This document shows, in pieces, positions 1 to 12,548 of a stretch of DNA of 64,000 nt. Each line of letters opens with the position of its first letter. Positions within the stretch are counted from its first letter, which is position 1. The notes below the pieces were generated by a model that worked only from the letters and a program-made list of their open reading frames with translations, did no database searches and was not told the DNA's origin. A program made the position numbers and the translations under genes. Source of the stretch: Azolla caroliniana (Eukaryota; Plantae; Polypodiophyta); assembly GCA_043228905.1 (NCBI GenBank), contig JBHGNT010000012.1, positions 21,018,001 to 21,082,000 of the forward strand, read 5' to 3'.

Positions 1-877
1 AGACCCAACATGTAGTATGTACATATGGAGAAAGCAGTCCATGTTCTTTCTTTAATTTCAAAATCTTACGAGAAAATGAGCGATGAGAAAGTGCACCATT
101 CATTGCTAGTGAGATATGTCATCACTTTTGGGGTATCGCAATGTTAGTGACATAAGAATCAACCCAAGGAAGAATGTCATTGAAATTGAAAACAACCCAA
201 GAAGAACAAATATGAATGACCAAAATCGAGGCATGATCTTGACAATCAATTGCAATGATGACCATAAAATTTGTGTGCAAATGTCACACATAGGAACAAT
301 ACAATTGAATGCAACTATTCCAAAGAAAACAATTTGTTTGCAGATAATTGCCATCTTTATCATGACTGTACTTAAAGAAGATTTTCTCAGCACATAGAGT
401 TGGTAATCATTTGCTAAGTGAAGATGTTTTATTTCTCAAAGATGTCGCAAGATTTGTACTACTATCCAATACATTCAACTAACCCACAATCATTGAAAAC
501 CAGAAAGACAAAGTGATTGATTCCGTGCCACGATCAAGGCTGAGAGTGAAGTCTTTGATCTAGGAGAATTGTCTAGACAATTGGACATGCCCAAGTTCAG
601 ATGTGTTCCCAAGCTTATTGGGTATAGAATTAGAGTGAGAGGTAGACATCACTCGTGTTTGTGTGAGGCAGCAGGCAGAGTTGAGATTACTCTAACCTGC
701 TTCTCTTTTGTTTTTTGTTTTTTTACACATGCAATACAGGGATATGATTATTTATTATCACCTGCTTTTCTTATACACATGGCTGTGGGGATGATTGCCA
801 TCTTTATTATTTTGTATCCCTCCCAACTTCAGGTGTAGAAGAAGATGTTTTACTTCTTCATCATCAGGATTCAGCAC

Positions 878-881
<4 letters not shown>

Positions 882-916
<35 letters not shown>
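882..916. repeat. (GA)n microsatellite
   Basis: Uninterrupted GA dinucleotide run. Confidence 0.95.
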
Positions 917-922
<6 letters not shown>

Positions 923-1196
923 TGGCATGCATCATCTCACATCATTGGGCTATCTGAAGACTCATGTTTATTTATTTTCCCAATGATGGATTGATGCATG
1001 ATCACGATAGAAAAACTCCTCCGTAGACATGTAAGATACATAATACACCACGATCATTCTCAAACGAAGTACAAAAAACATACTTACTGTTTTTATATTA
1101 TTGATTCGTCCAATGATGAGAAAAGCATGAAGATTCACTAACTTTACAGCAAAAGAAGAAAACAAACCCTATAAAGCTATGCCTTAGAAGCAAGCT

Positions 1197-2292
1197 CAAC
1201 TGGCAGCGCGGCATGCAGAACGAAGACATCACCGTAGCAAAACAATCTTCATCTCCACTGTCCATGGACAGCGAATCACTCAGCTCTTGGGACTAGGAGG
1301 ACAAGTATATAGGCAGAGACTAGAAGCAACACTAGCGGCGGGGGGCACCTTAAGGAATGGATAGTAGAGAAGCTGAGACGTTCTCCATCTCTTACGAGGA
1401 TCCCTCTGGAAACACTTGTCCAAGAAAAATCTTTGCCTTCTTCAGAGAGATCTTCAGGTAGGGGAGGATTCTCATCAGAGCATGCAATCTTCGATATTAC
1501 AGAGATGAAAGACAGCGACAAGTTCGCCCAAGGTGGGCATCCCTGGAACATCTCCACCACGGTGCATCCAAGAGACCAGATATCCGAGGGAAACTTTGTT
1601 CAATGCCTTGCAATGCCTCTGGAGCCATCCAAAACTGTGTCCCTTTGAAACCATCTGAAGAAATGGAGGTTCAACGTGCGTCTACTTTGCTGGGTAGCAT
1701 GGAATCAATGTCGACAGCATTCAACAACTTTCTCGTTAAACCAAAATCTGCAATCTTCACCGAGGAAGAACCGATCAAAATGTTCTGTCCTTTAATGTCG
1801 CAGTGGAAGATCTCCTGAGCATGGAGGTACGTTAAACCCTCCACAACATCTTTGGTGAACCTCCGTACCTACACCTCCTCAAGGTGTCTGCACATCTCTT
1901 GGGTAGGTCAGAAACACTTCCTCCCTCCATGTACTCTAAGAAGAGGTTAAGGGACGCAAGGTCACTCCTATCGTAGGAGGTGTCATCTCCCAGATACGAG
2001 ATACGAGATGACCTGCGCGTAGTTCAAGCTTCAGAGGATGGAGTTCTCTAATTCCATGGTTGTTAGCCCCGGTGACTTGCGATAAGAATACATGCTTTCT
2101 GCAAAGGTAGACTTCACCGCAAACATGAGCCCATCATCAAGATCAATGGCGAGAGAGATAGAGCCGCACGACCCTGACCCGAGAGTAGACAGATGAGTCC
2201 ACCGGGAGATGGAACATGAGATAGAGCTCTTCTTCTTCTGCTCAAGAATGATGGCAAGTGTTGTTGCGTTATCATCATTGGTGAGGGGGGTC
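1197..2292 (-). pseudogene. MAPKKK (MEKK subfamily) pseudogene, tandem copy lacking intron 2
   Basis: Kinase motifs LGSGSCGSI, FAVKS, HCDIKGQN, GTQFWMAPE, DIWSLGCTVVEM. Disabled by TGA at 2031-2033, a 7-bp duplication (atacgag) near 1994-2007 and a frameshift near 1425. Retains the intron-1 acceptor (ttcctcag) at 2293-2300. Confidence 0.92.
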
Positions 2293-2470
2293 CTGAGGAA
2301 AGAGACAAAAGAACACAATAATCAATCAAGTCAAGTTGAGAGAAAAAATGATCGATTTAAACATAGATGTCGTAATACGTCCAATGTACATGTGTGTATA
2401 TAAATACGATAAAGAAAAAACTACCATAAGATAGAGCAAAATGTCTGAAGCAGCAGAAATGAAAAAATTA

Positions 2471-2977
2471 TGGGCTCATGTTTATGGTGAAGTCTACCTC
2501 TGTAGAAAGCATGTATTCTTATCGCAAGTCACCGGAGCTAACAACCATGGAATCGGAGATCTCCATACTTCGAAGCTTGAACTATGCGTAGGTCATCTCG
2601 TAGCTAGGAGATGACACCTCCTACAACAGGAGTGGCCGTGCGTCCCTCAACCTCTTCTTAGAATACATGGAGGGAGGAAGTGTTTCTAACTTACTGAAGA
2701 GATGCAACGGACGCCTCAAGGAGGTGCAGGTACGGAGGTTCACCAGAGATGTTGTCGAGGGTTTAACCTACCTTCATGCTCAGGAGACATCCACTGCGAC
2801 ATTAAAGGACAAACCCTTTTGATCGGTTTTTCCTCGGTGAAGATTGTAGATTTCGGTTTGGCAAGAAAGCTGTCGGATGATGTCAGCGTTGGTTCCATGC
2901 TGCCCAGAAAAATAGACGCACGTGGAACCTCCAGATCTTCATCTGATTTCAAAGGGACACAGTTTTGGATGGCTCCC
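2471..2977 (+). pseudogene. Inverted MAPKKK fragment (subdomains II-VIII)
   Basis: Encodes GLMFMVKS...LFLEYMEGGS...HCDIKGQ...DFG...GTQFWMAP with stops and frameshifts. It is a reverse-complement match to about 1620-2132. Confidence 0.92.
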
Positions 2978-2979
2978 TC

Positions 2980-3235
2980 CATGAGATAGATCTCTTCTTC
3001 TTCTCAGGAATGATGGCAAGTGTTGTTGCACTGTCATCATTGGTGAGGAGGTGAAGGGTCTGAGGAAAGAGACAAAAGAACACAATAATCGATTAAGTCA
3101 AGTTGAGGGAAAAAATGATCGATTTAAACATAGATGTCGTGATACATCCAATGTACATGTGTGTATATAAATACGATAAAGAAAAAACTACCATAAGATA
3201 GAGCAAGATGTCTGAAGCAGCAGAAATGAAAAAAG
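2980..3235. repeat. Direct repeat of about 2216-2468 (kinase exon start plus intron-1 end)
   Basis: catgagataga...gcagcagaaatgaaaaaa occurs at both positions with few differences. Confidence 0.9.
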
Positions 3236-3309
3236 AAAACAAACTGTGGGAGAAATTTAATTAAACTAAACAAACATTTCGATGTAAATATACACACGCA
3301 ACCAATATA

Positions 3310-3900
3310 AAACTAAAACTGTGCCATCTACTATAAAGAGGGGAGAAATGGAATTAGTTTTACTAGGGATAAAACAGAAATTGAATGTACAGAAAAAGAA
3401 GGAGATTTAAGGCGAAGAAAGATGATGACAAATTTACGTTTGAAAGAACACGGGACGGAAGAGAAGAAAGAACACTACCGAATAAAGAAATGTAAGTCAA
3501 AAGGGAACAAGATGATTATGAAAAGTTTAGTTGAAGACAGAAAAGGAAGATGATGATTATGATACGTTAAGGTTAGAAAGAAGAGGGGAGAGAAAAAGAA
3601 TTAAAACTATGCTATCTACTATAAAGAAATACCTGGCATGAAATGGAATTCGTTTTACCTGGGATGAAACAGAAATTGAATGTACAGAAGAAGAAGTAGA
3701 AAGGCAAAGAAGAAGACTTTGACAAATTTACCTTAGAAAGAAACATGGGATAAAAGAGGAGAAAGAACACTACGGAATGAAGAAATGTAAGTCAAGAGGG
3801 ACAAATATATTTATGAAATGTTTAGTTGAAGATGATCGTAGGAAGAAATGCTTAGTTGATGAAAAAGAAGACAATGATGAAGCGTTTAGGTTAGAAAAAA
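3310..3900. repeat. Diverged purine-rich tandem duplication, unit about 290 bp
   Basis: atctactataaaga...aaatggaatt...aaacagaaattgaatgtacagaa...gacaaattta...aaatgtaagtcaa recurs at about 3320 and about 3610. Confidence 0.75.
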
Positions 3901-6056
3901 ATGCAAGGCAAAGGGAAGAAGAAGAGGATGGAGGAGTTAATGTAGACAAAAGGGGAAGAAGGCGAAGAAATGTAGAGAATGAAGAAAGAAGATCAAGTAA
4001 TGTAGGCAATGGCAATGGTGACAGTGCAGGTCCTTTAGCTGTTTGTGCACACAGGCCACAAATTACTTACAGAAACGGATTAAAATCAACTGAATTTTCC
4101 AATATAGAAAGCACTAGGAAATGAACTGTAGTATCAACATAAGGCATAACCATGGTCAATAGGCTTATTATGTTCCATCCAAAAAAATACTTATAACAAG
4201 GATTGGTTCCATGCTATTCAAAAGTTTTCATATTGATTAAGGAAATGGTGCAAGGACTTCCATTCATATGATAAAATCACTAAGAAACGGACCAAATTAA
4301 AAAGGCAAGGCACATCAAAGGCTAAATGTAAATTCATTCAAAAGCATACTAAATCACACCCAAATGTAGTGCATCCTTTTGGACGTTCTTCATGGAAAGA
4401 AAGGAGGAAAAAATGATGCAAGATATACATTATAATTTACAAAACACGTCCTATGAAAGGCGATAAATAATATTAAGCATGAGAAAAACTAAAAGCAAAA
4501 TTTATTAGTTTATTAATCCATTAGATCAGAATTAAATTATACTAAAATCAGGTTATACAAATAAATTTCTTAAAATGGGGAGGAGAGAAGGCATTACCTG
4601 ATCTTCTTCTTGTAGAACATGCTGCCATCAGGGAAGTGGTGCATAGCATAGCATATAAGCATCAGTTAAAAAGAAGAAGGAAAAAGGGGTGGGGATGATT
4701 CTAGATCCTTTTTTCAGTGTTGTTTCTTCTTCTCGAACTTTCAGGAAAATTTGTGATGGTGCTTCGCAGAAGTCTTGAGCCTAGTGAGTAGGTGGGTAGC
4801 TTGATCAAGCTCTCATGTCAGGAAACAGAAATTCAGACATGAATGTGGGCTCACTCAATGGTGTGGGTTTCTAAAGTCTCAATCATTTCTCTTTGTTGTT
4901 TCTTCTTCTTCTGGAACTTTCCAGAAAACCCTATTGGGGGGGAGCTCTCCGGAACATCCCGAACGTCCATCGTCGTCTTAACGATGTCCCGACCCATCGA
5001 TTCACACGACAGCAGAATGTCTTCAACGTAATAGCGTTTCCAACGCGAATGGCCGGACAAAGATTCGGACATGAATGTGGCTCGGTCGATCGTGTGGGTT
5101 TTCTGAGCCCACCCACGATGTGAGTTCCGTAACACCTCCTGTGTGCTCGATTTTTACAAGAATCGAGCTTCTAGAACTCGAGCTATGGATTGCTCCATGT
5201 GTATTTTTCATCTCCGCATGCAGATTAGATTTTAACTCTAGCCTCAATACCCCAACCCTATGTTGGAAATTAGAAAGAGGAATCCTAGAAAAGAAAATTC
5301 AAGGTGTTATCGTGTGCCATATAACCAAGCATGTCATTGTGATGGTGGTTGTGACACATTGTTTCTATATCTACCCATTTGTGACACATCTCTATTACAT
5401 CATGCAAGATAATAATGGGTCTTTTGCATCATGTTAATCATTTATTTGGGATCCCGTCAAGTCAACAATGACTTCAATTTAGTATCTCTTATTAATAAAG
5501 CAACATGATTTCTTTTTGAATTTCAAGTTCATATGATGCTTCGTCATGAACATGGAACCTTCATGAAGCAAACATGTGCATGAGTTGAAATGTGCATCAC
5601 ATTTTACTATCTACTAGAGAATTCCTCCCTCTCTCCTAACCAGAAATCTCCATAGTCCTTTTTTAAATGTTGTAATGAGCATGGAACTTTCTCGAGTTGT
5701 TTTAATCAATTGAATTTGAAAGGTTTATGGATCTTGAGGGTTACCAATGTCCGACAAACATTTGACATTCACATTATGCTTTGTAGTATTGGAGGATGAA
5801 ATAGCCAAGGTTTCTTTACCCACATAATTGTGATTATTGAACTACCCATTTAAATCTACTGAACAAACAAGGTCAATCCAAAACTTAAATATTAAAAATT
5901 GTATTCCTTATCATTTGACATGGATACACCATTCATAGCGATGTAGGATGCATCCTCGTATTGCCCTACCCTAACTATATTAATGCAACTATATGTTAAA
6001 TATCACCCTAGCATACTACATAAAGTAAGTCTAAGAGGGACAAAAAATGAAGAAAG

Positions 6057-6532
6057 TGTTGGGAAATCAGTACCTCCGGATGGGATCCGGTTATGAATGA
6101 AGAGATCCAGAAACCGGATCGGATGGACCTAGTCAGCCGGAAGTGAAGACATATTTGTAAATATGTTTTGAGTAAGCCTATTGAGGCTATATTTGTAAAT
6201 AGCCCTAAGTTCATATAAGTATAAATATGACTTAGGGCAATCACTTTAGGGTGTTGATTTATTGTGATATAGAGAGAAGTAGCGAGAGAGGAGATATAGT
6301 GAGATACTCTGTTGTAACCGCCGGCTAGCAAAGATACAGAGCTCGAGGTCGTTGCCCTCGAAGTCTCTGTTTGTACCTTTCATATATAGTGATAGTTTGG
6401 GGTATGTGGGCTCCCGTGGTTTTTCCCTATTAGGGTTTTCCATGTAAACATCCTGTGTCATCTCTGTGTGAGTCTGTTTTCTTCCATTCGTTGTTTAAGT
6501 CTTGGTTGTGGCCGAGCGCTCTTTTTCTCACA
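6057..6532 (+). mobile_element. Probable solo LTR (Copia-like)
   Basis: Starts TGTTGGG and ends CA. Contains a TATA-like tataaata and a U5-like ccgtggtttttccc...agggttttcca motif. No TSD found. Confidence 0.5.
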
Positions 6533-8399
6533 ATTTGTTCACTATGGGCGAGGCATTTTCATTCCACCACATTGCATTCAAGTAATGATCATGGATATTT
6601 AGAAAACCGAAATCTTTTATTTTGGTGGAGGATAAATATCACTTACTTATCGCATGCTTGACGTATAAGGTAATTTACGAAAAATATGATGACTTTTTAG
6701 ATGGGCCTGGTAATGTAAATCTCATACTCAAATGTCCACCAAGAAATGCAAGCACATATGTGTGCGCATTATTTTCACATATTTTTTACTACATAGTAGC
6801 AACTCCCTTCTTAGAGAGCAATCACATAGATGATATGTTGATTTGGTTGCATAGGTCAAATTTGGCCTCATCATGGATGATAAAACATCTATTATATACT
6901 ATACTCTCCATTTACATGTCTATGGTAAGAGCACATGAATATATTAATTGAATGTACAACCCACTTTTTACAACTTATTACTCTGCCTACCTACGTAGAG
7001 AGAGGAATATATTGTAAATCCATAAGAAAACCTAAAAATGCACTTGAAGAAATGATCCCCACATGCTCTAACAGTAACATCCAAAACAATATTCGAGCCA
7101 TCGTGGTCACCTTACTAATGGCAAAACTATTTGTATGTATAATATGAAACCAAAGGTAAGTGAGTGCATGGGTCGAACAAAAATGGTAAGAGAGCTTGTG
7201 AACACCTTGGCTTTCGAAAACACCATAACACCATCAATCACCTTGTCACTCATTGAGTACTAATGGGAGAAAATCAATGGAATAAATGTTTTGGATGGTA
7301 TACGAGGCTGAATGGGTTACAATTGCATGCACATTGCCCCTTTGGAGAAGAAGATGGTTTAGTAGTTTGGTGTAATATGTAGTACTATAATGTGTGGTGC
7401 ATCAGATTCAACAACTCTCTTTTTTACATCTTCAAATTCACTAGGGAATCCATTAAGTCATTACGAAATAAGTTAAATGTGCCCCATTGTCCTAAACATT
7501 GCTATATATATTGTTTCCATTCATAACTTGTCGACATTAGGTGCTCTCTTTGAATGCATGTCTTTGGATTAGCGGAATTTATATGTCTCCATGCCAATAT
7601 CATTCACTGAAGGGTCCGGATAACCATATTCCCCATTGATAGTAAGTTGGGTGATGGTGTTTGTCAAACACTATTGAGCCTCTAGCCTCACTTATCCTAA
7701 TATTGCGAACTCTCACTCACCTCTTTCAAAAGCACTAACCTTACTAAGAATCTCACTAGTGTATTAATAGACCCGAGCATTATATACATACACTGTTACG
7801 CAAGTAAATACATTACGAGCAATTGAACTCGCCGCACGTAAATTAATGGAGCACAGATATTGTCTAAATAACACTTAACACCAATCACTCACTTCAAAAG
7901 TATGAGAGAGAGAGAGAGCTCTATTGTAGATTATCATATGGGGGAAGAAAACTAAAAATTCACACAAAGGAGCTAAAAAGGCACAATGGTGAGTTTTATG
8001 GCTCACGTACAAAAAGGTTGTTGCCTTTCACATTGGGGTGGCCCTTTCACATTGTAACAATTTACATAACCTGGCATAATGCCCTAAATTGTTTCCTCCA
8101 TATCGCTTTGATTTTTGCTTATTCCCCCACAATACCCTTAATCAATCCTCGAAAGAGAGAACAGCAAGTAACCATATCATTGCTGCCCAAATACCACAAG
8201 GAAATGCTCTTGTCAGAAGGGTATTTATGTAAATAAATAAACATTGGGCATTTCAGAGTTTTTTTCCTGACTTCCCTGGAAAAGAAAACATAGGGGTATC
8301 GTTGTAAATATGGTAACTTGAGGTGTTTGTTGTCTTGTCCCCACATAACCATAGATTCATTTCAAGAGATGATACCCCCCATTGAAGACTTCATTTCCA

Positions 8400-10065
8400 T
8401 TCTATACAGATGTAGTAAGGAGAGGAGTCTTAGTTGAAGCCTTGAGATTCCAGATATATGTGTGTAGCCATGGCCTTGAAAGCTATGATTTCATTGTAAA
8501 CCCACTTCTCTCTACATTTGTGGGTATTGGAAATGCAATGTGCTATGCACGCCAGATGTTTGATAAGCTTCTTCATCACGATGATTCCTCTTGGAATTCT
8601 CTCATATGTGGTTATGCTAAGCATAAGGATGGAGAAGAACCTCTGGTACTATACCAACAGATGCATCAGCAGGAGTTTAACTCATCTTTCCAGCCTAGCT
8701 CAAACACCTTTGTGGCATTATATGAAGGTTTGCGCACAAACACAAGAGATAGAAATGGGTTGCAAAATTCATGAAGATATGGTGAGGAAGATGGGTTCTG
8801 CGAATGATAGAGATCCATTCATGGGTAGTGCTTTGGTTGGTATGTATGCTAAATGTGGATCTCTTCACAAAGCAGAAGAGGTATTTGATTCACTTGAAGT
8901 GAGAAATGTGGTCGCTTGGAATTCATTGATTAGTGGGTATGTTGGAAGTGGTGATAATGAGAAAGTTCTATCTTGTTTTTATTATAAATGCAGTATCAAG
9001 GTATATCCCCAGATGTTGTTACATTCATATATAGATTGAAAGCCTGTGGTAAGCAAGGGTCCTTAGTGAAAGGAGAAGAATTACCTGCTAAGATTGTGAT
9101 AAAAGCATTGGAAATTCAACCTCTTGTAGGGAATAGCTTAATCAATATGTATATTAAGCTTGGATGTCTTTGCCATGCACAGCAAGTATTTGACACTCTT
9201 CCTCTTCGGACATTGGTATCATGTACAACCATCATTTCGGGATATACCGAATGTGGCGAGGGTAAAAAGGCACTCTATCTGTTTGATAAAATGGAATACT
9301 CGGGTTTCGCACCAGATCAAGTCATGTACATTTGTAGTTTAAAAGCATGTGGGAGTATATAAGACATTGAAAAGGGCCAAAAAGTACATTTAGATATGAT
9401 GAAAAAGGGGTTTCTATTGAGGGATTCATGCATTGTAGCAAGCACATTGGTCGATATGTATGTTAAATGTGGCTCTCTTGCAGAAGCTGAAAACGTTTTC
9501 AACAAACTTGTGCATAAAGATGTTGTGTTATGGACAGTATTGATTTCCGGCTATGTAGAGCATGGGTATGGTGAGAAAGCACTCCACTGTTCACTGTTTC
9601 ACACAAATGCAAAGAGAGGGTAGTCTCTTGATAGACATCACTACACTTGTTTGCATCTTGAAGGCATGCGGGGGCATCGGAGCCTTTTATCATGGACATG
9701 AAATACATTCAAAAGTGATTATACAAGGATGGGAAAGCACTCCACTGTTTCACACAAATGCAAAGAGAGGGTAGTCTCTTGATAGACATCACTACACTTG
9801 TTTGCATCTTGAAGGCATGCGGGGGCATCGGAGCCTTTTATCATGGACATGAAATACATTCAAAAGTGATTATACAAGGATGGGAAAGTGACCTCTGTGT
9901 TGAAAGCTCTTTAGTTGACATGTATGCAAATTGCAGATTGTTCGAAGAATCACAACTTGTGTTCGATAAGGTTTTGAGCCCAAATGTCATGGCATGGAGT
10001 TCATTAATCGCCTTATACACCCAACTTGGTGAGAATGAGATTGTATGCATTACCTTTGATAGATG
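8400..10065 (+). pseudogene. PLS-class pentatricopeptide repeat (PPR) pseudogene
   Basis: Repeated motifs SALVGMYAKCGSL..A..VFD, WNSLISGY, LKACG, STLVDMYVKCGSL spread over several frames. Multiple frameshifts and stops, and a 151-bp internal duplication. No E or DYW domain is visible. Confidence 0.92.
9577..9887. repeat. Tandem duplication (151-bp period) inside the PPR pseudogene
   Basis: Two essentially identical copies (cacacaaatgcaaagagaggg...gatgggaaag), with GAAAG microhomology at the junction. Confidence 0.95.
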
Positions 10066-12548
10066 GCCATGAGCCTTCCAGCTTTCAGATTTCTTTACTG
10101 GCTCATTGGATCCTTTATATCCAAACTAAAGGATAAATTGTCACTAGCAGCCAAGAGCAAGTCTAATACAATCCGAAGGATCGAAGAAACTGAGGTGTAT
10201 GCAATAGTGAACAGGGTTGACGATCTCTGTGGTCAGGTTCAAACCCTTGATTAGCCATGATCATCGGCTTGGTCAATGAAAAGATCCAACAAAGATAACA
10301 TATTTTTCTTGAGGATCGCTATGACATGTTGGGAAATGCTCATGTGAATGTCAAGCATTTTTGGCCTAGAAGGAAGTGTCGCACAGAAATTTGGATACAA
10401 TGTTTCACGAAAGTTGAATGAAGAACCAACCAACACACTGGTTACACCAAGTAGATAATAGGATACTAGGACAGATGGACGAACACCTTCATTCCTCTCC
10501 TACCGAGTTGTTCCTCCAAGTTCCAAAGGTTCACACACGAATAGCCTCGGCAAATTTTCAATCCATAAGTTCGCAAGAAGAGGTGAGACACTCACAGTAA
10601 ACCCTGAGGGGAAACATTTGTACTGAAACAGCGAAAAGCAAAAAGACAGCACATAGCATATATATCTTATGAAGACAATTGTACAAGACATGCATCAAAA
10701 TGCTTGGGAGGCACAAATGCACAAATAAAAAAACATACGTAATCACATGTACAGAATCAATAGTTGCTTGACATAAAATAGTGTGCCAGATGGAACCATA
10801 TTCAGGAAACAATTGAATAAATTGTAACTGTTTGAATCTTGTTATACATGATGCTATCCATGGAATTAAGTGACATGTGATGTTAATTGTCAAACATGGA
10901 AGAGCAGAGTGGGCATCAACTGAATGTAAATATTTGATGTGAATGCCAACGTAAAACCGGCGAATCCTTGATTAAATCTCCGACCATGGCAAATTAGGTG
11001 TAGGTATGAAATGGATAGTACAAAAGCAAAGAGAGGTAGGTGTTTCCACATGTGATGATCAAACACAAAAAGAAAGGGAACTAACAAAATCAACGCTTTT
11101 TTGGTGGAATTGTGGTTTATTCGATGCAAAGAGATGATCAGGATTCTGAGCAGCATTAGTATTAGCGTTAGGGATATGATCCGTATTAGGGTTAGGAATC
11201 GAAATAAGATAAATCAGGGTTAGGTGGTGTTGATATATAATCCTCTGCTCCATACCAATCCAACATAATTTACCAGAAATTTAGGGAAGCTACAGCGTGC
11301 CTATTTGCCATGCTCAATCTGGATTAGTAGTGGGTGATTAGGGGCACGCTTAAACAGGATTAGGGGCTCAGATCAAGGAAGAAAACCCAGCATGTACATA
11401 TGGAGAATCAATTTCAAAGTCTTATGGTAATATAAGCAATGGAAAAGTGCACCATTCATTGGCATTGGCAGTGAGATATGTCATCATTTGAGTATAGAAA
11501 AGGAGATGTAGCCATCACTCATGTGTTAGCATTATGGATTCTCATGGATTCAATTAGTAAAGGATAGTCAGTATGGGTGCATAGCTCTTCTCTAACTCTA
11601 ACTAGGAAGGTAATGCATTGTTTTCATCTATTGTTTCATCCTAAACGTTTCTCAAAAACAATTATATATATGTGCATAATAGGAACGAAGAATCCCCTTC
11701 AATTAAGAAGGGTAAATTACCATTTTAAGGTTGGAAGTGTGTTCACAGATGGGATGGGATGGGTCAGTCAACTAACGTTATCAAATTCTAAAAGACAAAC
11801 AATGAGTTACATTGGCTTTTAGAATTTGATATGTCCATACTATACATATATACTATAAATTTCGTTTACATTTTGTATTTGTTTACATTTTTCACATCTT
11901 TTTTGGTTTCCGTTGAGAGGGAGAGCGATAAACTCCACCTCCTCTTCGGAATAATTATAATATCGTGATAATAACAAAAAGACAACAAGACATAATTGAA
12001 GTGAACAGACAGACAGACAGATATTTCCCACAGAATCGACCATGTGCTTTTATTATTAGATTTGTGTATGGCAGGCAGAGTTGAGATGACTCTTTAACCT
12101 GCGTTTCTTTTCATTTTACATATGAGGTGCAGGGAATTATTACCTGCTTTTCTCATCATACACATGGGTGTGGGGATGATTGATGGCCATCTTTTTATTA
12201 TGTACTCACTCCCAACTTCATGTGCAGAAGAAGAAGAAAAAGATGTTCTACTTCTTCATCATCAGGATTGAGCATGCACAAGAGAAAGAGATAGAGTGAG
12301 TGTGATGGCATGCATCGTCTCATCATTGGGCTATCTGAAGATTCACAATGATGGATGAATGGTCACGATGCATATACTCCTCCGTAGACCTGCAAGATAG
12401 ATAAATACACCACGATCATTCTCAAACCAAATACAAAAACATACTTCCTTATTTTATATGAGAAAAGCATCCAATGTATGTGAGCAAAGCATGAAGAATT
12501 TACTTTACAGCAAAAGAAGAAAACAAAGCTATACCTTAGAAGCTCGGT

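Larger units (their letters stand above)
1..2410. repeat. Segmental tandem duplicate of the MAPKKK locus (partner about 11390-13880)
   Basis: 1-125 matches about 11390-11490 (gtgcaccattcatt...gtgagatatgtcatca). 660-1200 matches about 12060-12550 (ggcagagttgagat...caccacgatcattctcaaac). The coding region and the 3' end of intron 1 also match. Period is about 11.4 kb. Confidence 0.9.

Noticed and set aside
1197-2977. Kinase pseudogenes as processed retrocopies
   Set aside because: They retain intron-1 sequence and downstream flank shared with the intact locus, so they are DNA-level duplicates.
3770-4124. ORFs of 81-115 aa (K/E/R-rich or S/L/F-rich)
   Set aside because: Translation of low-complexity purine-rich repeat DNA with no domain motif.
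4590-4630. Possible first exon of the kinase pseudogene (ATG...CAG|GTAATG, minus)
   Set aside because: Neither ATG gives the phase needed for the downstream acceptor, and it is not similar to exon 1 of the intact gene.
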